NCBI GenBank assembly: GCA_043718025.1
Contig: JAYSWN010000180.1
Location: 1 to 20,070 of the forward strand
Reading direction: 5' to 3'
DNA from: Pseudomonadota bacterium
GTDB taxonomy: Bacteria; Bdellovibrionota; FAC87; UBA2466
Length of the DNA: 20,070 nt
Shown: one piece after another, positions 1 through 7,749 of the stretch
Layout of the letters: each line of letters opens with the position of its first letter
How positions within the stretch are numbered: the first letter of the stretch is position 1
The notes under the pieces: model-generated
The model's input: the letters and a program-made list of their open reading frames with translations, nothing else
Told to the model about the DNA's origin: nothing
Databases searched by the model: none
Position numbers and translations under genes: made by a program

Positions 1-471
1 GAGGGCGCGGAGTGGATTTGGCAGGGTGCGCGCGCGGGCATCGTGGAAGGGCCCAGCATCTTCCGGCGAGGTGAGTACCTTTATCTTTTATTTAGCCACT
101 CCTATCTTTTATTTAGCCACTCCGTTTACGATTCAGCTTACTACGGAGTTTCTTGGGTCGCCGCCAAGACGATTGAAGGGCTTGGCGACGAAAAAAATCG
201 CATCGTGGGGCGCTATCTTATTCCTTCGGGAAAATATTCGTTCGGCCACGGCACCCCTTTTATCGGGCCCGATGGCAAAAACCGATTTTACGTCTATCAC
301 CGCACGGACAACGAAGCGTGTGTAAAAAACGTCGGCAGAAAATGTGAACGTGATATTTTCTTGAGCCCGCTTGATTTCGAAGAGAAAAAAGATGGCTTGG
401 GAGCCATTCACATCAAGCCTCGCCGCCCCGATCGCGACGACGCCAACCTCACTTTAGAAACCTTCGAATAG
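1..471 (+). CDS. Glycoside hydrolase family 43-like (five-bladed beta-propeller) protein, C-terminal part; 5' end lies outside the window
   Basis: Frame 1 is open from base 1 (EGAEWIWQGARAGIVEGPSIFRRGEYLYLLFS...). It has the GH43-type W...VEGP motif followed by YLxFS, and GHGTPFIGPDGKNRFYVYH matches the GH...DG...xYH last blade. Stop TAG at 469-471. Confidence 0.8.
   Translation, partial: EGAEWIWQGARAGIVEGPSIFRRGEYLYLLFSHSYLLFSHSVYDSAYYGVSWVAAKTIEGLGDEKNRIVGRYLIPSGKYSFGHGTPFIGPDGKNRFYVYHRTDNEACVKNVGRKCERDIFLSPLDFEEKKDGLGAIHIKPRRPDRDDANLTLETFE
82..123 (+). repeat. Exact 21-bp in-frame tandem duplication (TATCTTTTATTTAGCCACTCC x2)
   Basis: Copies at 82-102 and 103-123 are identical and encode YLLFSHS-YLLFSHS. 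Confidence 0.95.
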
Positions 472-517
472 AGCGCAGCCATTGGGCGCCGAAAACGCTC
501 GCTAAATAATTAATATT

Positions 518-531
518 GTTAAATATTTAAC
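518..531. promoter_or_regulatory. Perfect 14-bp palindrome GTTAAATATTTAAC in an AT-rich intergenic patch; possible operator
   Basis: The palindrome is read directly from the sequence and lies about 85 bp upstream of the ATG at 616. A regulatory role is inference only. Confidence 0.3.
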
Positions 532-615
532 CATGTAGAGACCTCGTTTTTTGTCGTCGTTCTTCACAAATGGCGCACAATGTTAGTCTAGTATTACTAC
601 TCAAGGGGTAGAGCT

Positions 616-948
616 ATGGACCAACGTTTTGCAAAGTGGATCGACAGGCTCAGCCGCACGGTCTTCCACGGCGTGGACACCAGATCCAGCCACCTGACCA
701 AACAAAAATTTATTCTCTTTCTATCTCTACCGTTTTTCTTTGCGCCAGCGGTGATCACTGGCTACTTAGTGACCACGCTAGGAGAGTCGCTGTCGGCGAA
801 GGCCGTCGTTTTTCTACGCAGTCGTGAAGTGAAACCTGCGATACCGGAGCGAGTGATTGCGTTTCAAAACCGACGCAAACCCGCAAGCCATTCGCTCGTC
901 GCGCGTGCCGCTAGCGAATCAGATTTCGAACCCCAGACCAAACCGTAA
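616..948 (+). CDS. Small hypothetical membrane protein (110 aa)
   Basis: ATG preceded by SD-like AAGGGG. One hydrophobic segment (FILFLSLPFFFAPAVITGYLVTTLG). Its 3' end overlaps the convergent gene by 30 bp. No recognisable family. Confidence 0.55.
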   Translation: MDQRFAKWIDRLSRTVFHGVDTRSSHLTKQKFILFLSLPFFFAPAVITGYLVTTLGESLSAKAVVFLRSREVKPAIPERVIAFQNRRKPASHSLVARAASESDFEPQTKP

Positions 949-1797
949 TTCGTGCACCAATCCACTCGGGGGAAGGTAGGCCGAGTACCCGGCCAATAAC
1001 CAGGCCTGCGACCGATCGCGCAACGCCCCATGATAATAACGGGTGCCCACGCTGAGTAGCGGAGCAGCCCCCGATCTCTTGTGCCAGACCTGAATTCCAC
1101 CTCCCGCATTCACGCTCCACAAACGCCAACGATAGGCCGCCAGCACCTGGTATTCGGTGGTCACAATAAAATCACGGGTCATGGTCTTCATCGGGCTAAA
1201 GCCTATGCTTAAGGAAACGTAACCCGAGCTCGAAAAATGAAACTGCGGGGTCCAGGCGATCAAAGGCGCGAAGCCGTTATCCCCATTTACGGGAAACGCG
1301 CTAAAGGCCATTGCATCAAAGCTAAGCAGTCGCAATGAAGATCGGACACTAGGTGTGTAAAATTGCGCGACCACCCGTTCGTTTGAAGAGGTCGAGACCA
1401 CCGACGGAGAAACTCCCGCCACCACTTGCGCGGGTTCGACCTCGGGTTCGGGATCGCCTTGCTTGGTGAACGTGATCTGATAGCCGCGAACCGAATCGTC
1501 ATTTCCCACGATTTCTAAACGATTCACAAAGGGGAACACCTTATATTCGGGATTTGCGAAAATTAACGCCGCCGGCCCGTCATCGAGAACCGCCAGGGTT
1601 TGGGGTACGCCATTCCAGGTGACCGATTTCACCTGCTTATTAAAATAAAAGATGAACCGCTGCAAAAAATAGCGGGTATCGACTAAAGCCGGCACCAAAT
1701 TGATGGGCGACAGCGGGGGATAAATATAGATTTTGTAATCGGCAGCTTGGCCGTTGAGTCCGAGTAAAAGAAAGAAAAGCAGCGCGTTTTTTTTCAT
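919..1797 (-). CDS. Secreted protein, probable outer-membrane beta-barrel with an N-terminal beta-rich domain
   Basis: Sec signal (MKKNALLFFLLLGLNGQA|A), a Pro/Glu-rich linker (GDPEPEVEPAQ), and C-terminal alternating amphipathic strands ending HELRFGLGFEI. Confidence 0.7.
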   Translation of the reverse strand: MKKNALLFFLLLGLNGQAADYKIYIYPPLSPINLVPALVDTRYFLQRFIFYFNKQVKSVTWNGVPQTLAVLDDGPAALIFANPEYKVFPFVNRLEIVGNDDSVRGYQITFTKQGDPEPEVEPAQVVAGVSPSVVSTSSNERVVAQFYTPSVRSSLRLLSFDAMAFSAFPVNGDNGFAPLIAWTPQFHFSSSGYVSLSIGFSPMKTMTRDFIVTTEYQVLAAYRWRLWSVNAGGGIQVWHKRSGAAPLLSVGTRYYHGALRDRSQAWLLAGYSAYLPPSGLVHELRFGLGFEI

Positions 1798-1830
1798 CTG
1801 GCCTTTGAGTATAACGCGAATGCAACCGCG

Positions 1831-1859
1831 ATATCGGCAAATGAGCGAACTTCGGTTAG
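1831..1859 (-). promoter_or_regulatory. Putative sigma28/FliA-like promoter for the 919..1797 gene
   Basis: Minus strand reads CTAACC-N15-GCCGATAT. The -10 box matches the sigma28/sigmaD GCCGATA(A/T) consensus, while the -35 box is non-canonical. Confidence 0.35.
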
Positions 1860-1882
1860 GCTACTGATCAATCGAGGACGCA

Positions 1883-3634
1883 ATGCGACAACGCTCTCTC
1901 CACCGCCTAAAATTTCTACTGTTCGCGATTGTTAGTCCCACGTTTTTGGTCCACTGTTCTCAAGTGACCACCAAAGACACTATAAGCGCCAGCAACCAGA
2001 CAGCATCGCAAATCGAAACCACGGCCACTCTGTTGGCTGACCTCAATCGAGAGTTCAAAAGGCTTTCGGTACCGCTCAACTACGACTCTTGGGATGCTTA
2101 CGCAAAGGGAGCTTCTGAATCGTACGATAAAATGGCGATGGGCGAAAAAGCCCTCAATGATTTTCTCTCGTCCCCTAAAACTTTCGCAAAAATCAGAGAG
2201 GCAAGAGACGCCGCCAATTTAAGCCCAAATCAAATACCGACGGCCGAGCGCCGAGAGCTAGAAATTTACTTCAATTACTTTGCCGCCAACCAGGTCGACC
2301 CTGGCTTGCTTAACAAGATAACCGATCTCAGCACCAAGATTCAGCAGGAGTTTAATACCTTCCGGGTGAAGGTGGGCGATAAGACGCTCTCCGAAATTGA
2401 ATTGCGCGAGATTCTAAAAAAATCCATCGACTCCGTAGTTTTGAAACAAGCCTGGGAAGCCGCAAAAGCGGTTGGTGAGCGGGTTGAGTCGGATCTGAAG
2501 CAGCTAGTTAAACTCCGAAATGAAAAAGCAAAGCAGCTTGGCTTTAAGAATTTCCACGACATGTCGCTGGCTTTTGATGAGCACTCCACTAAACACTTGG
2601 TCGAGTTCTTCGATTCGATCGATAAGCAGACCATCGGTAATTTTCGTAAGGCCAAGGCGGAATTCGACGGGCCGCTCGCCAAACGACTTGGCATTAAAGT
2701 AGCTGACTTGCGCCCGTGGCATTATCAAGAGCCATTTTTTCAAGAACCGCCCGACGTGGATGGACTGTCTTTAGACACCCTTTACGACCAGGCCGACATC
2801 AAATTGCTTACCCAGACGTACTACGAAGGCATCGGTCTGCCCATGCCCACCGTGTTTGAAAAGAGTGACCTTTACCCTCGTGACAAAAAAAGCACCCACG
2901 CTTTTTGCTATGACCTAGATCGCGAAGGCGACACCCGCGTGCTGGCTAACATCACTAAAAATGATCGCTGGATGGCGACCATGCTTCACGAATTTGGCCA
3001 CGCCGTTTATTCAGCCACCTATATTCCAAAGTCACTACCGTTTCTCCTTAGGGATGCCGCGCACACCCTAACCACCGAGGGGCTGGCGATGATGTTTGAG
3101 CGCGAAAGCAAACGCCAAGGGTTTCTCAAATCTTCAAACCTTCTACCCACGGAGACAAAACAGAAATCCGCCATCCTCAGCGCGGCAAAAAAGCAAATGC
3201 GCAACCGCCTATTGGTCTTTTCGCGCTGGGCGCAGGTCATGTTTCATTTCGAAAAGAACATGTATGAAAACCCCGATAGCGACCTCAACAAACTGTGGTG
3301 GGATCTGGTTGAAAAGTATCAAGAGTTGAAACGACCCGAAGGCAGAGACAAGCCAGACTACGCCGCCAAAGTTCACGTGGTCACGGCGCCGGTCTACTAC
3401 CACAACTACCTGATGGGCGAAGTGTTTGCCTCGCAGGTGCATCACGCCATGGCTAAAAAGGTCGGCAAAGGCGTCGACCCCAACCACTTTTCCTACGCCA
3501 AAAATAAAGGGGTGGGAGAATTCGTACAAAAACATATTTTAGATTTAGGACGAATGTACGCCTGGCCCGAGATGATACAAAAAGCCACGGGCGAAGCGCT
3601 TAACACCAAGGCGTTTGCTTATGACACTAAGTAG
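1883..3634 (+). CDS. Gluzincin zinc metallopeptidase (M2 peptidyl-dipeptidase / M3 oligopeptidase-like), probably exported or lipid-anchored
   Basis: HExxH motif (MLHEFGHAVY), downstream Glu ligand (TTEGLAMMF), LRNxKAKxLGF, HAFC, and C-terminal H...PVYYHNY motifs. N-terminal hydrophobic stretch ending LVHC (possible lipobox). SD GAGG upstream. Confidence 0.88.
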   Translation: MRQRSLHRLKFLLFAIVSPTFLVHCSQVTTKDTISASNQTASQIETTATLLADLNREFKRLSVPLNYDSWDAYAKGASESYDKMAMGEKALNDFLSSPKTFAKIREARDAANLSPNQIPTAERRELEIYFNYFAANQVDPGLLNKITDLSTKIQQEFNTFRVKVGDKTLSEIELREILKKSIDSVVLKQAWEAAKAVGERVESDLKQLVKLRNEKAKQLGFKNFHDMSLAFDEHSTKHLVEFFDSIDKQTIGNFRKAKAEFDGPLAKRLGIKVADLRPWHYQEPFFQEPPDVDGLSLDTLYDQADIKLLTQTYYEGIGLPMPTVFEKSDLYPRDKKSTHAFCYDLDREGDTRVLANITKNDRWMATMLHEFGHAVYSATYIPKSLPFLLRDAAHTLTTEGLAMMFERESKRQGFLKSSNLLPTETKQKSAILSAAKKQMRNRLLVFSRWAQVMFHFEKNMYENPDSDLNKLWWDLVEKYQELKRPEGRDKPDYAAKVHVVTAPVYYHNYLMGEVFASQVHHAMAKKVGKGVDPNHFSYAKNKGVGEFVQKHILDLGRMYAWPEMIQKATGEALNTKAFAYDTK

Positions 3635-3658
3635 CGGGTTAAAAGGTTAGGATGTTTT

Positions 3659-4657
3659 ATGATCGAGTGGATAAAATTCAATAGCCCGAAGGCGCTGGTT
3701 GGTTTCCCCATGGGAGATCCCACCGAGCGGCACTTTCCGATCTATTTGCCGCCCGCATTCAACAAACAGATCGCTTACCCCGTGGTTTATTTCTTAGCCG
3801 GCTTTTCGGGACGGGGCGCCGGCTACCTGGTCGACAACTCGGCTTTCGAAAGGTCACTACCCACCCGTTGGGATACGGCAATTGACGAAAAACGGCTGAA
3901 GCCTTTCGTCGGCGTCTTTCCCGACGGCACGTCAAAGTTGGGCTGCAGCCAATACGTAAACTCCCCCGCTTTGGGCAATTACATGGATTACCTGTGTGAT
4001 GAGCTCGTACCCTTTATCGAAGAGAGATATGGCGTCGCCTCGAAGCGATCCCACCGCCTGCTTACGGGACACAGCAGCGGCGGATTCGGCGCCTTGGTAA
4101 CGGGTATGATTCGGCCCGACACTTTTGGCATGATTTGTAGCTCGGCGGGCGACGGCTTTTACGAAGTGTCTTTAAAGAAACACATAAAGGATGCCGTGGT
4201 CGAAATCGAGAAAGCCATGGGTGTGGCCGGGTTCATTAAAGATTTTTTGTCGCTCAGCACTTATGCAAACGTCTCGCCGACCAAATTTGAAACCATGCTC
4301 ACTCTGGCCATGGCCCCGTGCTACGCACCCAATCTGAACAATGGCCCGCTCTTTGGTGATCTCTTTTTTGATTTAGAAACGGGTGAAGTGCTTCCTGAAA
4401 TTTGGAACAAGTACTTAGGCTGGGACCCGGTCCACATGGTGGATAAGCACGCGGCGAACTTATGCAAGCTTGACTACGTGCTTTTAGAATCGGGACGAGA
4501 AGATGAGCACGGCCTGCATTTAAGTCACCGCCAGATTGCAAAGAAACTAAAAAAGCTCGGCGTGGTTCACGATCTTATCGAGTACCCCGGTCGACACGGC
4601 GGACACCACTGGCGCTACGAAGACCGCCTGGTCCGTTTACTCAACCGTATGAGCTAA
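3659..4657 (+). CDS. Alpha/beta-hydrolase esterase (Fes/enterochelin-esterase-like putative esterase family)
   Basis: IYLPP...YPVVYFLAG N-terminal motif, nucleophile elbow GHSSGG, acidic GREDEHG, and C-terminal His (YPGRHGGH). Lies 24 bp after the peptidase on the same strand. Confidence 0.85.
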   Translation: MIEWIKFNSPKALVGFPMGDPTERHFPIYLPPAFNKQIAYPVVYFLAGFSGRGAGYLVDNSAFERSLPTRWDTAIDEKRLKPFVGVFPDGTSKLGCSQYVNSPALGNYMDYLCDELVPFIEERYGVASKRSHRLLTGHSSGGFGALVTGMIRPDTFGMICSSAGDGFYEVSLKKHIKDAVVEIEKAMGVAGFIKDFLSLSTYANVSPTKFETMLTLAMAPCYAPNLNNGPLFGDLFFDLETGEVLPEIWNKYLGWDPVHMVDKHAANLCKLDYVLLESGREDEHGLHLSHRQIAKKLKKLGVVHDLIEYPGRHGGHHWRYEDRLVRLLNRMS

Positions 4658-4720
4658 CCATGACCGCTAGATATGCGCCTTTATAATACTGCCTATCCAT
4701 TGCCGTCGCGGTGGGAGGAT

Positions 4721-5431
4721 TTAGTGAAGTATTTGTAATCGCGCCAGGACTTGAGTTCGACGCAAAAAATTCTCCCCAGACATGGCTATCCACGTTGGCG
4801 CTGCAGGGGCGGGGTCTCTAAGGATCACTTGATCTACCTTGAGCCTACCGGCTGCATCACGGCGAAATCCTCCGGCTGTAACAACTCTGGTGTGACCAGT
4901 AGACTGCTTGGGTCCTAAAGAACTCATCGCTGCAAATAGCGGTTGTTCCTGGCGGAGCCATTCATACAGGGATTCAGTTTCCACCTTAGTTTGAACAAAA
5001 CGTACGCTCGAGTAACCTCGAAAACTTGGGTTTTGTTCGTAGATCTGACGATTGAGATATAAGTTCACCGGCTCAATGCCACCGGGTACATCAAATAATC
5101 CGCCGTAGGATTGGTTTACAATTGCCTCTTGTGACGTCTCAATTTCAAAAAATTGCAAAATCATCTGCGCAGTGGCGGCCCAGCACCAATTGGGTGATCT
5201 TTGTCTGCCAAAGTCTTGAGGGTGCATTCGCTCTTCAATTTGCTGCGTCGGTATACCAACCCAAATCAGATCTTCTGTTACGGAGAGGGGGTTATAGCCA
5301 AGATTCTGTGCGCCTTTAGCTTGATGACTTGAGAAAAATATTGTGAAGAGAAGAATTCCGCAGAAAGACACCCCGGCAGTACGCAACGCGTTGGGGGCCT
5401 CATTGCTTCCGATAACCTTACTTAAAACCAA
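4721..5431 (-). CDS. Papain-fold cysteine peptidase (C39-like / C70 AvrRpt2-like), probably exported
   Basis: QRSPNWCWAA (oxyanion Gln plus catalytic Cys), SQEAIV, GHTRVV (His) and ILRDP (Asp). N-terminal hydrophobic segment. TTG start with strong SD GGGGGAAGG. Confidence 0.75.
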   Translation of the reverse strand: MVLSKVIGSNEAPNALRTAGVSFCGILLFTIFFSSHQAKGAQNLGYNPLSVTEDLIWVGIPTQQIEERMHPQDFGRQRSPNWCWAATAQMILQFFEIETSQEAIVNQSYGGLFDVPGGIEPVNLYLNRQIYEQNPSFRGYSSVRFVQTKVETESLYEWLRQEQPLFAAMSSLGPKQSTGHTRVVTAGGFRRDAAGRLKVDQVILRDPAPAAPTWIAMSGENFLRRTQVLARLQILH

Positions 5432-5659
5432 TGTCGCCTTCCCCCAATATTAACGGCTGCAGCTCGTACCCTGAATCTTTCTTTAACCATAAAATGCGGA
5501 AGATCAGCAAGGGTAACTGGGGGCTTGGTAAAAAGAGTAGAATAGGACATGCCAACTCTCAGGCGTTCTGCATCCGAAAAAATTTCGTAGCGAAAAGGCC
5601 ATCCTTCCCGCCCTGATAAAAAGTGACTTCGAATCGCACAGCCCCTATCTTCCCTTCCC

Positions 5660-6628
5660 GTGATTACCAATTGGAAAATGCGGGAGCGCAGGAAAAAGGT
5701 CGAATACCTGTTTCGGCAAGCCGTACCATTGACCCAGTGTTTTTTAGGAATTGGTCAAAGCATCTTGAAATCGAAGGGGAAGATCGAGTTACAGGCATTA
5801 TTTCATCCAATTGGCCGTCATGTCACGGGTAGGGAATTCACGCCGGCCGAATGCGAATACTTCGTAGGCTACTTACAGGAAAAAAAATTCCCTTGGTGGG
5901 GACTGCCGGCCTCTTTTTTTCGCCTTCCGCAAAGCTTTGAACGGCGAATTTATCGGACGAGTGCTCTAGAGCGTCATCACGCCGCGAGACTAAAATTGGT
6001 TCGCGAGTTTCTTCCGCCGGCGCCGATCATTTTGGACATTGGCGGGGCTTCGGACACCCAACTAGAAGGGAGTCTTCTGGCCATGGGGTACCCGCATCGA
6101 CCCAAGGAGGTGTGGATTGTGGATTTGCCGATTGAGCAGCGCATCTACACCAATCCAGTGGTAAATCCGGAACACTTCACGACAGAGGCGGGAACTGAGA
6201 TTCGCTACGTCTATTCAAAAATGACCAAACTTTCGTTTCTTGGGATTGGAAAATTCGATCTCGTCTGGTCCGGCCAGAGTATTGAACACATCACCGAACA
6301 AGAATCCGAGACGCTACTCAAAGAGGTCCTCCAGGTTCTGAAACCGGGCGGCTATTTTTGCCTAGACACCCCAAATCGAAAACTCACCAAATTGCTCTGC
6401 GGAAAAGAGTTCATTCATCCCGAACACAAGATCGAATACACACCGGATCAGTTAGTTGAAAAAGTGAGGGCAGCAGGATTTGAGGTGGAAAAAGTGCTGG
6501 CCGTTACCCCTATGCCCATCAGCCTTCGTCACGAACGTTTTTGTAAATTAGAGGCCATCCGAGAGGTTGAGGTCACCGAAGAGGCCGATACGGGACTCTC
6601 CTTTTTTATTAAGTGCCGTAAGCCCTGA
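5660..6628 (+). CDS. Class I SAM-dependent methyltransferase
   Basis: Motif I ILDIGGA, WIVDLP, FDLVWSGQSIEHI and VLKPGGYFCLDTPN. Start uncertain (GTG 5660 or ATG 5678). Confidence 0.88.
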   Translation: MITNWKMRERRKKVEYLFRQAVPLTQCFLGIGQSILKSKGKIELQALFHPIGRHVTGREFTPAECEYFVGYLQEKKFPWWGLPASFFRLPQSFERRIYRTSALERHHAARLKLVREFLPPAPIILDIGGASDTQLEGSLLAMGYPHRPKEVWIVDLPIEQRIYTNPVVNPEHFTTEAGTEIRYVYSKMTKLSFLGIGKFDLVWSGQSIEHITEQESETLLKEVLQVLKPGGYFCLDTPNRKLTKLLCGKEFIHPEHKIEYTPDQLVEKVRAAGFEVEKVLAVTPMPISLRHERFCKLEAIREVEVTEEADTGLSFFIKCRKP

Positions 6629-6796
6629 AAACGAAAAAAGCATCAACTGGAAATGCCCTTTAATGCTGCCCATCCATGCCGGCGGCGGCATCGATGAATA
6701 CAACCAGAATATTGCCTGCCCGATGCACGTCGACAACACGCGTTATTGCCAGGCCGATTCACTCGGCGGTTTAGCCCTTTCTATTTAATGCTGTCG

Positions 6797-6825
6797 CTAA
6801 CCCTAAAATCCTAAAAAACCGATAA
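6797..6825 (+). promoter_or_regulatory. Putative sigma28/FliA-like promoter for the prepilin gene (would give a near-leaderless transcript)
   Basis: CTAACC-N15-ACCGATAA ends 7 nt before the ATG at 6833, and no convincing SD precedes that ATG. Confidence 0.35.
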
Positions 6826-6832
6826 ACCGAGT

Positions 6833-7624
6833 ATGCGAAAGGGGCAAAATGGCTTTGGCCTAATTGAAATACTCGTGGCGGCCTCCGTCATGGCGATTTT
6901 AGCGGTTGCCATGGCCCAATTTTTAAAAGGGGCTACGCGCGGTATGGCGAGTATCGAGCTGCGCGGCGAAATGCTAGATGCCAAGCAGATGGTTCGATCC
7001 CGACTGAATTGCCAGAAAACATTTCCGGCGGGGACATGCCCCGCTGCCTCTCCGATCACGCTAAAGGACGATCACGATCAACCTATTTTTTCGACCGTAG
7101 ACACCACGGCCGGGCCTTTTAATAACACGTGGGAACTAAATAAAGTGCGGGTTAAAACCGATTGCGGCGGGGGGAAATTAGAGTTGAGGTTTAAGTCCAT
7201 TAAAGGGCCGAGCCCCTCCTGGCCGGTTACCGCGCACCTCACCACGTGCCAGAATGTTCTGGGCGGAACTTTTGCTCACGCCTGCCCAAGCGGGGAAACG
7301 ATGGTTGGAATCAACCCCGAAACTTTAGAGCCTCTCTGCCGACCCGAGCTTAAGTCGGCATCGGGCACTTTTGCGCGGTCTTCGGCGGCCGGAACCACTA
7401 TATCAACGGCCGCATCTCAACTTCACACCATTTCGCTTCCGTTCAACCCGCAAAACGCCATCTGCGCTTCGGCCCAAGACGGCTATACGAATAGCTGGCT
7501 TTCCTGCAATTGCCGACTCCACTCCAACACGGCCAACAGCGTCACTTTTGAATCCAACTTTTCTCACGGAAATCATTCGCATCCCGTGGGCTGCGTTTTC
7601 AATTATTTGATTATCGGAAAATAG
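6833..7624 (+). CDS. Type IV prepilin-like protein (N-terminal cleavage/methylation motif) with a Cys-rich extended C-terminus
   Basis: Class III signal MRKGQNG|FGLIEILVAASVMAILAVAMA with G-1, F+1, E+5 and a hydrophobic helix. Multiple Cys, including CPSGETMVGINPETLEPLC. Confidence 0.88.
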   Translation: MRKGQNGFGLIEILVAASVMAILAVAMAQFLKGATRGMASIELRGEMLDAKQMVRSRLNCQKTFPAGTCPAASPITLKDDHDQPIFSTVDTTAGPFNNTWELNKVRVKTDCGGGKLELRFKSIKGPSPSWPVTAHLTTCQNVLGGTFAHACPSGETMVGINPETLEPLCRPELKSASGTFARSSAAGTTISTAASQLHTISLPFNPQNAICASAQDGYTNSWLSCNCRLHSNTANSVTFESNFSHGNHSHPVGCVFNYLIIGK

Positions 7625-7749
7625 CCTTCTCCGCTCTTAGCGGTTAGATCCGAGCTAATTTTGGCCTTCTGATACAAAAAAAATACCCCACTCTTTTTTG
7701 CGTTTGTCACTGAAGCGGATGCTGCGCGTCAGACGGCGTTTCTAGCTAC

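Noticed and set aside
1787..5887. 8-nt homopolymer tracts (T8 at 1787-1794, A8 at 5880-5887) as phase-variation switches
   Set aside because: They are short A/T runs explained by Lys codons, and both frames are intact.
4721..6628. C39-like peptidase plus methyltransferase as a RiPP/bacteriocin locus
   Set aside because: No credible precursor peptide, transporter or modifying enzyme. The short ORFs at 5422-5832 lack SDs and leader motifs.
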